This document shows, piece by piece, positions 27,319 to 36,231 of a DNA stretch of 64,000 nt. Made by a program: the position numbers and the translations under genes. The notes under the pieces are model-generated. The model searched no databases, was not told the origin of the DNA, and saw nothing but the letters and a program-made list of their open reading frames with translations. This DNA is from Elusimicrobiota bacterium. Lineage in GTDB: Bacteria; Elusimicrobiota; Elusimicrobia; UBA1565; JACRDR01. The DNA is taken from the NCBI GenBank assembly GCA_041694815.1, contig JBGFSC010000047.1, positions 64,001 through 128,000 of the forward strand, given 5' to 3'. The stretch's first letter is position 1; each line of letters starts with the position of its first letter.

Positions 27319-28245
27319 ATGGCGGCGCTTCGCGTCGGCCTCATCGGCGTCGGCGCCTGGGGGCGCAAGATACTCGACACCGCCAAGGCGCTCTCGGTAG
27401 TGGAGGTCCGGAGAGCCGCCAGCCGCGACCCTGGCGCCGCGGGGCTACTGCCCGAAGGTCGTGTCTCGAAGGACTGGCGCGAGCTGACGCGGGACCCCGA
27501 CGTGGACGCGATCATCGTCGCGGCGGCCTCTCCCCTGCATTATGAGATGACGCGGGCCGCGCTTTCCTCCGGCCGCCACGTTTTCGTCGAAAAGCCGCTG
27601 ACGCTAGACGCCGCCCAGGCCGATGAGCTCTGCGAGCTGGCCGAAAAGAAAAGGCTCGTCGGGTTGGTGGACCATGTCCATCTCTTCAACCCGGCCTTCC
27701 AAGCCCTGCGGCACGCGGCTACCGCCTTAAGCAAGCCGCGCTCGATCGAATCCTCGGCGGGAAACTGGGGGCCTTTCAGGCCGGACACCCCGCCCCTATG
27801 GGATTGGGGGCCGCACGACATCGCCATGTGCCTAGATATCCAGGGAAAGGCCCCCCTGGGAGTCTCGGCGTTCCTGGAGCAATCCCGTAAGGAAGGAGAT
27901 GGGCTGGGGCAAATCATGCGCCTGAGGCTCCGCTTCGACCGTCTGGACGCCGATATACGAGTGGGCAATCTACTCGAGCGCCGGCAGAGACGCTTCGAAC
28001 TCAAGGGCGAAAAAGAGGCGCTGATCTTCGACGACTCAAGCGGCATTCCCCTTCAGCGCCGGCGCGCGGACGGGGGGCTGGAGGCGATCGAGGCGCCGCG
28101 GACCCCCCCGCTGCGCTGCGCGCTCGAGGCCTTCGCCTCGGCCGTCGCCTCCGGGCGGGCGGAACGCTCGGATCTGCGGCTCGGCGCCGAGGTGGTGCGC
28201 GTCCTCGCCCAATGCGAACGGCAGCTACGGGGAAGCTCCGCATGA
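27319..28245 (+). CDS. Gfo/Idh/MocA-family oxidoreductase
   Basis: GLIGVGAWG, HVFVEKP, WDWGPHD. Confidence 0.85.
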   Translation: MAALRVGLIGVGAWGRKILDTAKALSVVEVRRAASRDPGAAGLLPEGRVSKDWRELTRDPDVDAIIVAAASPLHYEMTRAALSSGRHVFVEKPLTLDAAQADELCELAEKKRLVGLVDHVHLFNPAFQALRHAATALSKPRSIESSAGNWGPFRPDTPPLWDWGPHDIAMCLDIQGKAPLGVSAFLEQSRKEGDGLGQIMRLRLRFDRLDADIRVGNLLERRQRRFELKGEKEALIFDDSSGIPLQRRRADGGLEAIEAPRTPPLRCALEAFASAVASGRAERSDLRLGAEVVRVLAQCERQLRGSSA

Positions 28246-29237
28246 CGGCGCGGGTCTCCGTCGTCATCGATAATTACAACTACGGACGCTACCTGGGGGA
28301 GGCGGTGGAGAGCGTACTGGCCCAGGACTTCGCAGGCGGGATCGAATGCATCGTCGTCGACGATGGTTCTACCGACGAGTCGCGTCGGGTGATCTCGGGC
28401 TTCGGGGAGCGCGTGCGCGCCATCCTTCAGGAAAACCAAGGGCAAGCCTCGGCCTTCAACGCTGGCTTCGCAGCGGCGACGGCCCCCATCGTCTGCCTGC
28501 TCGATTCCGACGACTATTGGAGCCCGGACAAGCTCAAAAAGATAGTCCCGCTTTTCGATGATCCCCAGGTCGGTGTCGCCCAGCATCTGCTCCAGGACGT
28601 CGACGCCGTCGGCCGACCCCTGCCGCAGCATCGGCCCGATTGGCCCGACCGCTACACGCTCGAGGATTTTCTCGACCGGCGCGTCGAGTTCACGGCCACC
28701 AGCGGCCTCGCCTTCCGGAGGTCGGCGTTGAGTCGCGCTCTGCCCATTCCCCGCGACGTCTTCTATTACCTCGACGACATGCTGGTCGTCAAATGCCTGC
28801 TCGACTCCAAGCTCGCCAACATCTGCGAGGTGCTGGGCTTCCACCGCATGCATGAGAGCAATTTCTGCGCCGGGGGATATCAATTCGACGACCCCAAGCG
28901 CCTGGAGCTCGACCTGCGCATGCGCGCCATCTTCAACCGCGAGATCGACCCACTGCTCGAGCGGCGCGGCCTGCGCAAGACCGCGCGCTATGGCGCGGAG
29001 GAGGAGCTGGAATTGATGCGCCGGCGCCTGCTCCTGCACATGCATCGCGGAGAGCGCCTCCAGGCGCTGGGCGAGTGGCTGCGCATGTTCGGCAAATACG
29101 GGACACGCCGCTTCGGGGCCTTCCGCTGTCTGACTTGCGCGCTGGCCCTCCTGTCGCCGGCCCTATATCTACGCTTTTACAGGTACTACAGCGCCGGCGT
29201 TCTCCCGCGCCTGCGCTCGAGGCTGTTTCCAAGCTGA
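28242..29237 (+). CDS. GT2 glycosyltransferase
   Basis: SVVIDNYNYG, VDDGSTD, N.GQ.SAFNAG, LDSDD. Confidence 0.88.
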   Translation: MTARVSVVIDNYNYGRYLGEAVESVLAQDFAGGIECIVVDDGSTDESRRVISGFGERVRAILQENQGQASAFNAGFAAATAPIVCLLDSDDYWSPDKLKKIVPLFDDPQVGVAQHLLQDVDAVGRPLPQHRPDWPDRYTLEDFLDRRVEFTATSGLAFRRSALSRALPIPRDVFYYLDDMLVVKCLLDSKLANICEVLGFHRMHESNFCAGGYQFDDPKRLELDLRMRAIFNREIDPLLERRGLRKTARYGAEEELELMRRRLLLHMHRGERLQALGEWLRMFGKYGTRRFGAFRCLTCALALLSPALYLRFYRYYSAGVLPRLRSRLFPS

Positions 29238-30763
29238 TGGATCCGAAATCGCTGGGATCCCGCCTACTGTCGGCCCTCCAGCTCAATCTCTTCGTCCAGG
29301 CGGCGATCCTGGCCGTCAATCTCGTGGCGACCCCTATCATCGTCGGGCATCTGGGGGCCGACGGTTACGCCCTCTACACCTTGATGTTCACGATGATGAA
29401 TTATCTTAGCCTGCTCAATTTGGGCACCAGCCAGGCCGCCACCACCTTCACGGCGCAGCGTGGGCTCGGTGAAGGCTCCCCTGTGCCAGCGCTTATCAGG
29501 AGAAGCGCGCTATTGCAGCTCGGAGCGGCCGCGGCGGGCGGCCTCGCGCTCTACGTTTCCCGCGAATACCTCACGCGCCTATTCATCCAAGACAGTCCGC
29601 AGGCCCTGTTCGCCGCTCCGCGCGTCTTCGCCTGCGTCGCCGTCGCGGCTCCGCTGTACTTTCTCTCGACGCTCGGCAACAGCGTTCTCTATGGCCTCCA
29701 GCGTTTCTCCGCCTTCAACCTCTTTCTATTCTTCCAATCCGTGCTGGTCGCGATCGGGGCAGCCCTGCTTGCGCATTTCCGGTTGGGCGGCCTAAGGGAG
29801 ATCGCCCTGTGTTTTGTCGCGGCGCACGCGCTACTGGCGGCGGGCGTATTCGCGCCGCTGCGCAAGGCCCTCTCGATCTCCTCAGAACCACCTTCGCGGA
29901 TAGACACGAAGGCCTTCGTGCGCTTTTCCTTACAAGCACAGCTTACCACGCTGGCAGTCCTGCTCATATCTCAAGGAGATCGTTTCTTCGTGGCTTCGCT
30001 GCTGCCTCTGGCGCAGGTGGGCTATTACGCGGTTTCCTCCTCGCTGGCTCAGAAATTCAATCAATTCTGCGTGGCAGTCGCGGCCATGGCCTTTCCCTTA
30101 TTCGCGGAACTGCATGGATCGGGCCAGCAGGAGCGCCTTCGCCGCTTTTATTTGAAAACAATGGAACTCATGCTCTTCATCAATCTCCCGCTGAGTATCC
30201 TCTCGTTCGTCTTAATCCCGCAGTTCATGACGCTGTGGCTGGGCCAGGACTTCAGTCTGGCCAGCACCTGGCCATTCCGCGTACTGCTCTTCGCCAACCT
30301 GGGCTATCTCGTATCCTTCATGCCGATGCAATTGGCGACGAGCAAGGGCCACCCTCATCTCTTCGCGGTCTTTCAGGCGGTCAAGGCCGCCCTGGTCCTA
30401 CTGCTCTGGACGGCGCTCATCGCGGACTGGGGCATCCTGGGAGCCGCGGCAGGGCTCTTTATCGGTGAGATGATTGTTACGCCGGTTTTCGTGGGCTATA
30501 TCCATCGCCGCCTCCTCGGAGTCAGCTGGAAGGAATTCTGGACCCAGGCCTGCTATCGGCCCGCGACGGCGGCCGTCGGCTTGGCCGCAATCGGCCTTGC
30601 GACGCATGGGCGCGTGGGCAGCTGGGGGGAGATGATCGCGTTCGCGGCGGCGGGGCTAGCGGCCTATTTCGTGGTAGGTTACCGCCTTCTGGATTCCGAG
30701 GCCAAGACGCTGCTCAAGGAATGGCTGCGCGTGCGCCTACGCCTAGGCACGACGGGCGGCTAG
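29237..30763 (+). CDS. Wzx-type oligosaccharide flippase
   Basis: Highly polytopic; LG..GY, D(R)FFV.SLL....VGYY, FP.F.E, WGILGAA motifs. Confidence 0.82.
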   Translation: MDPKSLGSRLLSALQLNLFVQAAILAVNLVATPIIVGHLGADGYALYTLMFTMMNYLSLLNLGTSQAATTFTAQRGLGEGSPVPALIRRSALLQLGAAAAGGLALYVSREYLTRLFIQDSPQALFAAPRVFACVAVAAPLYFLSTLGNSVLYGLQRFSAFNLFLFFQSVLVAIGAALLAHFRLGGLREIALCFVAAHALLAAGVFAPLRKALSISSEPPSRIDTKAFVRFSLQAQLTTLAVLLISQGDRFFVASLLPLAQVGYYAVSSSLAQKFNQFCVAVAAMAFPLFAELHGSGQQERLRRFYLKTMELMLFINLPLSILSFVLIPQFMTLWLGQDFSLASTWPFRVLLFANLGYLVSFMPMQLATSKGHPHLFAVFQAVKAALVLLLWTALIADWGILGAAAGLFIGEMIVTPVFVGYIHRRLLGVSWKEFWTQACYRPATAAVGLAAIGLATHGRVGSWGEMIAFAAAGLAAYFVVGYRLLDSEAKTLLKEWLRVRLRLGTTGG

Positions 30764-31768
30764 AAACAAAGTGCCACCCTGGCGCATCGGCATGCAGCAT
30801 GGGATGAGAAGATAGGCGGGCAGCAATATCGGGACCATCATCCAGCCGAAACCGTCGCGAAGATACATCTCTAGCTTGCGGCGGCTCCTCTTGTCGGACA
30901 AGGCGGCGCCGACCGAGCCGGCGCTTGGCGCGGTTTCCTTATATAGATCGGTCAGCGTCTTGTCGGCTCTCGCCCGGCCGCCGAAGAGCAGCCATTTGGC
31001 AGCCGGCATCAGGGCCGCGAATAGCTTGTAGAAGAGCTGGTCGGAGACGACCCTCGCCGTGAACGGGCTAGGTCGCAGCTCCAGGATCTCGAAACCCGCG
31101 CGCCGGACGGCGCCCTCCAGCGCCGCCGCGCTCCAGCGCGTGATGTGGTTCGGTGGAAAATCGTAGTTCTCCCTCGGGGCGAAGCGCAGCCTTTCCGCGT
31201 TCGGCACGGTCACGACCAGCGTTCCCCCCGGCTTGAGCAGCGAAAATATCGCCGAAAGCGATTTAGCCGGTTCGGCGAGATGCTCGAGCACGTCGAACAC
31301 CGTGACCACGTCGTATGCCTTGCCTCCCGCGCGAGCGTACTCCTCGAGCGGGGCGATCTCCACCGCGTAAGGCCCGCGGAGCCTGGCCGCCATCTCCGGG
31401 TTGAACTCCAGGCCGGTCAAGGAGCCGCCCCAACCCATGCGAGCGATGAGCTCCATGAAGCGGCCGTCGCCGCTGCCGACGTCCAAGAGATCGCCTTGGA
31501 GGCCGAGGCGCCTGGTGATAGAGTTGAAATGGGCGAAGCGCCAGTCGGACTCGGCCGGCGGGCGCATCAGGTATTCCTCCTCGCCGTAGAGGTAGCTCGC
31601 CTTCGCGTACCATTCCCTCAACGGGAATCCCTCGGGAAGCAGCGTGAAGTCAACCCCGCAGGAGGCGCAGCGGAATATCTCGAAGCCCCTGCCGAACACC
31701 GGCTCGCGGTAATGCTCCAACGGTGGGTCCTGCGCGGGGACGCCGCAGGCGACGCAGGCGGGCTTCAC
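30743..31768 (-). CDS. Class I SAM-dependent methyltransferase
   Basis: CVAC...CASC, LLDVGSGDG, FDVLEH, LKPGG...TVPN, PPNH. Confidence 0.85.
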   Translation of the reverse strand: MKPACVACGVPAQDPPLEHYREPVFGRGFEIFRCASCGVDFTLLPEGFPLREWYAKASYLYGEEEYLMRPPAESDWRFAHFNSITRRLGLQGDLLDVGSGDGRFMELIARMGWGGSLTGLEFNPEMAARLRGPYAVEIAPLEEYARAGGKAYDVVTVFDVLEHLAEPAKSLSAIFSLLKPGGTLVVTVPNAERLRFAPRENYDFPPNHITRWSAAALEGAVRRAGFEILELRPSPFTARVVSDQLFYKLFAALMPAAKWLLFGGRARADKTLTDLYKETAPSAGSVGAALSDKRSRRKLEMYLRDGFGWMMVPILLPAYLLIPCCMPMRQGGTLFLAARRA

Positions 31769-33243
31769 CGCTTCGGCTCGGCGACGATCCTGCGCCGCAG
31801 CTTGTGCTTCAATATCTCCTTGAGGAAATCGACGGCGGGCTCGCCGAACTTGCGTCGCAGCAGCGCCTGGTACGGCGGGTGGTTCGAATAAGTGACGAAG
31901 GCCTCGTCCCGGAAGCGCAGCACCTCGGCGGGAGAAAGGGAGTCGGTCCCCATGGGCAGGGCGTTCTCGGAATACTGCCCGTAGCCGTCCCAGTCCTCCG
32001 GCAAGGTTATCCCCTTCTTCCTGGCGTAATCGTAGAGCTCGGTGCCGGGATAGGCCATGGCGGAGTAGAAATTGGCGTATTCGAAGTTGTAATCGAGGGC
32101 CATCTGCAAATTCTTGCGCATCGACTCCATCGTGTCGTTGGGCAGGCCAAAGATGAAATTGCCGATGATGTTGATGCCCGCGCGGCGCGTGTCCTCGACG
32201 GCCCGCTCGATGACCGCCTGCGGGGAGCCCTTGTCGACCTCCTTGCGGATCTCGCCGCTGGCCGACTCGATGCCGTAGGCGATCCAGGTGACCCCCGCCT
32301 TGCGCATCTTCTTGAGCAGGGCGAAGTCGACCGTCTCGACGCGCCCGTACACCCAGATATTGAAATCATAGCCGGCCTGTATGATGAGGTCGCAAAGCCG
32401 ATCGACCAGGTCCTTGCGGATCGTGAATACGTTGTCGACCACGCGCAGGTTGCGCACGCCGTACTTCTTATGCAGGAGGTCGAGCTCGGCCATGACGCTC
32501 TCGGGCGAGCGGGCTCGGAAGCTGGGCTTGCCGTAGACCACGTTCACGTTGCAGAAGGTGCAGGAGTAGGGGCAGCCGAGATTGGTGTAGATGGAGGCGT
32601 ACGGCTGGCGCCGGTCGAGCCGGTCGAAGCAGTGCCAGTGATGGGCTCGGTAGCGCCGCACGGGCAGCAGGTCCCAGGCCGCCATGGGCAGGGAGTCGAC
32701 GTCCGCGGCCATCGGCGGCCTACGGCTCTCGACGGTCCGGCCGTCCCGGCGGTACCATATCCCCTCGATCGGCTTCTCCGGAAAGCGGCGCCCCGCCCGC
32801 AGCTCCGCCAGGAGCGCGGCGAGGGCCTCGAACCCCTCTCCCTGCAGCACGTAATCGGCCTTCTCCTCGACGAGCATCTGCTCGGGGTAGGCGGAGGGGA
32901 CGACGCCCTCGAGCATCACGGGGATGGCGGGTATCCTGGCCTTAAGGGCCGCCACGGTGTCGTGAGCGGCGGCCATCTTGGTGACGTCACCGCTGTTGAG
33001 ATAATCCGTCGAGATACAGACGAGGCCGGGGGAAAGCGCGGCGACGCGCTCGGCCGTCTGCTCGGCGCTCAGCCCCTCGGCGTCGGCGTCGAGCACGCCG
33101 ACCGAAAAGCCCTTGCCGCGCGCGTAGGCGGCGATCAGGGCCGTCTGCAGCGGCGGCGTGATCGCGGCGATGCTTTCGCCGAGGCTTCCGTAGGCGCGGA
33201 CCCGGTTATTCGGGTATACGCAGACTAGATCGAACCGGGTCAC
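31765..33243 (-). CDS. Cobalamin-binding radical SAM protein (class B methyltransferase-like)
   Basis: N-terminal B12-binding-like domain (PPL...AAY, GEG), GCPYSCTFC, GIES, FIFGLP, YPGT.LY. Confidence 0.88.
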   Translation of the reverse strand: MTRFDLVCVYPNNRVRAYGSLGESIAAITPPLQTALIAAYARGKGFSVGVLDADAEGLSAEQTAERVAALSPGLVCISTDYLNSGDVTKMAAAHDTVAALKARIPAIPVMLEGVVPSAYPEQMLVEEKADYVLQGEGFEALAALLAELRAGRRFPEKPIEGIWYRRDGRTVESRRPPMAADVDSLPMAAWDLLPVRRYRAHHWHCFDRLDRRQPYASIYTNLGCPYSCTFCNVNVVYGKPSFRARSPESVMAELDLLHKKYGVRNLRVVDNVFTIRKDLVDRLCDLIIQAGYDFNIWVYGRVETVDFALLKKMRKAGVTWIAYGIESASGEIRKEVDKGSPQAVIERAVEDTRRAGINIIGNFIFGLPNDTMESMRKNLQMALDYNFEYANFYSAMAYPGTELYDYARKKGITLPEDWDGYGQYSENALPMGTDSLSPAEVLRFRDEAFVTYSNHPPYQALLRRKFGEPAVDFLKEILKHKLRRRIVAEPKR

Positions 33244-33251
33244 CGCCTAAA

Positions 33252-33260
33252 ATTATAACA
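33252..33260 (-). promoter_or_regulatory. Extended -10 promoter embedded in the upstream stop codon
   Basis: TGTTATAAT (33260..33252), 8 nt before GTG 33243. Confidence 0.55.
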
Positions 33261-34482
33261 CTTCACGAAAAAGAGAAAAGCGCTTAAAGAACAAGGAGGC
33301 GGAACGCCGGAGGCCGCCCCAGACCCCGTACAAGAAGGCGACAAGGCCGTGCTCTAGCAGGGCCGGGGCAATCTCGAGCGCGACGCCCGGCTGCCTCCTC
33401 TCGAGAGCGGACAATAGGTGCACGAAGAGCACGTTGACGCGCTTGGTGCCGAAAGTTCGTCCGACCCGGATGGGCGACGTCGGGGACCTCGATTGAAATA
33501 TCGCCTCGATGGAGGACATCACGCGGGGGATGTAGCGTTGGGCCTCGTATTCGGACATCGCGCGCTCGTGCCCGCGTCGTGCCAAGGCCAGGCGCTCGGC
33601 GTCATGGGAGAGGTAAAAACGGGCCTTCTCGAGCAGGGAAACCCGGTCGAAGAAGCAGTCCGCCTCCTCGCCGATTTTGAAGATATGGGGCAGGGCCGGA
33701 TAATATTCGGTCAGGCAAAAACCTCCCGCCATCGCTATCTCGATCGGCCTCCCCTTGTTGCCGCGCACGTTCCAGAGCGTCGGATCATCCTCATTGAGCC
33801 AGCTCAGCTCGTCTAGCTTGCTGAAGTTCAGGTTGACCTTGCTCCTTGAGAAAACCGTCGCGAGCTCCTCCTCGCGGAGGGCGCCATTTTTAGAGCCGCG
33901 CCCGAAGGTCTCTACGCGCACCCCGTTGGTAGCGAGATACCGTATGAATTCCATCCGATCGCGCTTGAGGCAGTCGCCCACGAAGGAGACGTCGATGTCC
34001 TGCTCGACTTGGGCGGGATGACAGATCTCCTTGGCCACGGGGGTGAAGCAGAGCACGGCCGCGATGCCACGTTTTTCGTAGCCGGCCACGGAGAAGATAT
34101 CGGTCGTGACGACGGCGTCGGCGGCCTGGGCGTAATACTTGGAATGCGCGTCGAAGTTGTTCTCATCGTCCCAAAGCCAGAAGACCAGCCTCCAGCGCCG
34201 CCTCAAATCGGCAAAAAAATCGATCGGGAATTGGAAATGGTCGCCGCATAGTGTGGCCAGGATAAGGTCCGGCGCCGCCCTCTCCGCGGCCTCGCGGATG
34301 CGGCGCTCGGCGTGGCGGATGCCCCCCTCGCGGATCAGGGGGAGGAAGTCGACGCGCTCGACCTCGTAGCCACATCGGATAAGCCCGTGGGTATGCTGGT
34401 AGGTGGCGCTGTTGGCGGGCGTGACGATCAATATCTTGCGGATCTTGTTCATCGGGAACGCCGGCTCGCGGGGCCGCGTCAT
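33253..34482 (-). CDS. CgeB-like (Glyco_trans_1_2) glycosyltransferase
   Basis: W.WDD, DVSFVG, SKVNLNF, KGR..EI.M.GGF.LTE. Start at 34482 or 34452. Confidence 0.78.
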   Translation of the reverse strand: MTRPREPAFPMNKIRKILIVTPANSATYQHTHGLIRCGYEVERVDFLPLIREGGIRHAERRIREAAERAAPDLILATLCGDHFQFPIDFFADLRRRWRLVFWLWDDENNFDAHSKYYAQAADAVVTTDIFSVAGYEKRGIAAVLCFTPVAKEICHPAQVEQDIDVSFVGDCLKRDRMEFIRYLATNGVRVETFGRGSKNGALREEELATVFSRSKVNLNFSKLDELSWLNEDDPTLWNVRGNKGRPIEIAMAGGFCLTEYYPALPHIFKIGEEADCFFDRVSLLEKARFYLSHDAERLALARRGHERAMSEYEAQRYIPRVMSSIEAIFQSRSPTSPIRVGRTFGTKRVNVLFVHLLSALERRQPGVALEIAPALLEHGLVAFLYGVWGGLRRSASLFFKRFSLFREVL

Positions 34483-34510
34483 AGTATCATACTTTGCTAC
34501 CATCAAGAAC

Positions 34511-35524
34511 GTGCCGGCCGCGCCGCTTTTTTCGGTCGTCCTCCCGACCTATAATCGCGCCAAAAGCGTCGCCGCCGCCGTCCGCTCGGTGATCGCGCAG
34601 ACCGAGGCGGATTTCGAATGCCTGCTCGTCGACGACGGCTCAACCGACGACACGCGGCGTGAGCTCTCGGCGTTCTCCGACCCCCGGTTACGAACGTGGT
34701 TCAACGCCGCCAACCGGGGCCAGCATGCCTGCCGCAACCAGGCCATCCGCGAGGCCCGGGGGTCCTGGATCGCCTTTCTCGACTCCGACGACCTCTACTT
34801 GCCGGGGCGCCTGGAGGCCCTCAAGTCCGCGATCGCCTCCGCACCCGAAATCGACTTCTGGTTCACCAACGCCTACGTGCACCGCTACGGGCGCGTCATC
34901 GGCACCCTGTTCCCGCGCTCTAGGCCCCTGCCGAGGGGCGCGGTGCCGGGCTACTACGCCGTGGGCGACGAGCATCTGCCCTACGTGACCAGCACGGTCG
35001 TCCTGCGGCGCTCGCTTTTCGATCAAGTGGGCTTTTTCCGCGAGGACCTGCGCATCCTCGAGGACACCGAGCTTTACGCGCGCATGTTCCTGGGGGGAGC
35101 CAAGGTAGCCGGGCTGGGCGAGCCCTCCGCCGTGCGTTTCCTGCATGAGGGGCAAATAACACGCGACTACATCAGGGACTTCATCGAATCGGCGGAGGCC
35201 ATCCGTTCAGCCCAACCGCCTCCCGCCACGGCGCTTCGCCTGCGCCGTAAGATCGCGCTTGAAAACGCCACGTACCTATGGAAGGCGCTTCAACCAACGC
35301 CCGCACGGCGGCTCCTGATCCAAGAATGGGGACCGTCGGTGAAAATTCGCTGGGCTTATATTCGAACCTTCTTACCAATCGACTTTTTAGGCTTGCTGCG
35401 CGGGATGCGCCGACTCTGGCTAGGCGCGCGCTATCACCCGCTTCTTGCTCCGTCGGAATTCAACCGCATCTCTAAACTTATCGAATCGTTTAGTCTTGAC
35501 AAGCAAGGAATTAGAGGGGTATAA
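34511..35524 (+). CDS. GT2 glycosyltransferase
   Basis: SVVLPTYNR, VDDGSTD, RN.AI..ARG, FLDSDD, ED.EL. GTG 34511 lies 7 nt after TGcTACCAT. Confidence 0.88.
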   Translation: MPAAPLFSVVLPTYNRAKSVAAAVRSVIAQTEADFECLLVDDGSTDDTRRELSAFSDPRLRTWFNAANRGQHACRNQAIREARGSWIAFLDSDDLYLPGRLEALKSAIASAPEIDFWFTNAYVHRYGRVIGTLFPRSRPLPRGAVPGYYAVGDEHLPYVTSTVVLRRSLFDQVGFFREDLRILEDTELYARMFLGGAKVAGLGEPSAVRFLHEGQITRDYIRDFIESAEAIRSAQPPPATALRLRRKIALENATYLWKALQPTPARRLLIQEWGPSVKIRWAYIRTFLPIDFLGLLRGMRRLWLGARYHPLLAPSEFNRISKLIESFSLDKQGIRGV

Positions 35525-35548
35525 TATGTTTGTAATACGAAGTAATAC
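35496..35548 (+). promoter_or_regulatory. Consensus sigma70 promoter plus tandem operator of the TA module
   Basis: TTGACA (35496-35501), 18-nt spacer, TATAAT (35520-35525). GTAATAC is repeated at 35532 and 35542, a 10-bp period. Confidence 0.75.
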
Positions 35549-35561
35549 TAAAAAAGGCTTC

Positions 35562-35810
35562 ATGCAAGCGCAAAGGACAAGCATAGTCACCACGGTTTCA
35601 CTGCCCCCGGCACTACACAAGGAAGTTCTCAAAATGGCACGAGCTAAGGGCATGACCAAGTCGGAGCTATTCCGAGAAGCTCTCAGGCATTATCAGAGAG
35701 AAGAGCAGCAATGGCAGGATCTTCTGGAGTATGGCCGACGTAAAGCGGAGGCAGCCGGAATCAGAACAGAAGAGGACATCGAGCGTCTGATCGATGAATC
35801 CCGAAGGTAA
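35562..35810 (+). CDS. CopG/ribbon-helix-helix antitoxin
   Basis: TVSLPPAL......A...G.TKSELFREALR RHH pattern; 82 aa; overlaps the PIN gene. Confidence 0.85.
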   Translation: MQAQRTSIVTTVSLPPALHKEVLKMARAKGMTKSELFREALRHYQREEQQWQDLLEYGRRKAEAAGIRTEEDIERLIDESRR

Positions 35811-36231
35811 GCCCCCTCGGGTCGTCATCGATACGAATGTTCTTTTCTCCGCCGCAGCCCTAGCCAAAACCACGCCCCCGGCTCAGATCGTTGAGCTTGC
35901 CAGGCTTGGAAAAATAGAGGCCTGCATTTCTTATTTCATCCTTGATGAACTGGAAAAGAACCTAGCGAAGAAGGCGGGGTGGGATCAAGAAAGGCTCGGA
36001 GCCTTCCGCAAAAAGCTCAGGGGCTTTATGACGCTTATCGAGCCGACCTCACGCCTGGATGTCATCAAGAGCGTCGATGCCGATAATCGGATTCTGGAGT
36101 GCTCCGTCGACGCGAAAGCGGCGGTGCTGATCACCGGAAATATGAAGGATATCCGCCCGTTGGGCGACTTCCAGGGCATAGCGATTGTAACGCCGCGAGA
36201 ATTTTTGGACCGCTATTTCCCGAACTCCTAA
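35794..36231 (+). CDS. PIN-domain toxin (VapC-like)
   Basis: RVVIDTNV, ILDEL, D..DNRILEC, LITGN.KD, IVTPREFL. Confidence 0.88.
   Translation: MNPEGKPPRVVIDTNVLFSAAALAKTTPPAQIVELARLGKIEACISYFILDELEKNLAKKAGWDQERLGAFRKKLRGFMTLIEPTSRLDVIKSVDADNRILECSVDAKAAVLITGNMKDIRPLGDFQGIAIVTPREFLDRYFPNS

Noticed and set aside
12649..33243. RiPP cluster suggested by TldD/E plus a B12 radical SAM
   Set aside because: No precursor peptide, YcaO or RRE is evident, the genes are about 16 kb apart, and the radical SAM sits among glycosyltransferases.
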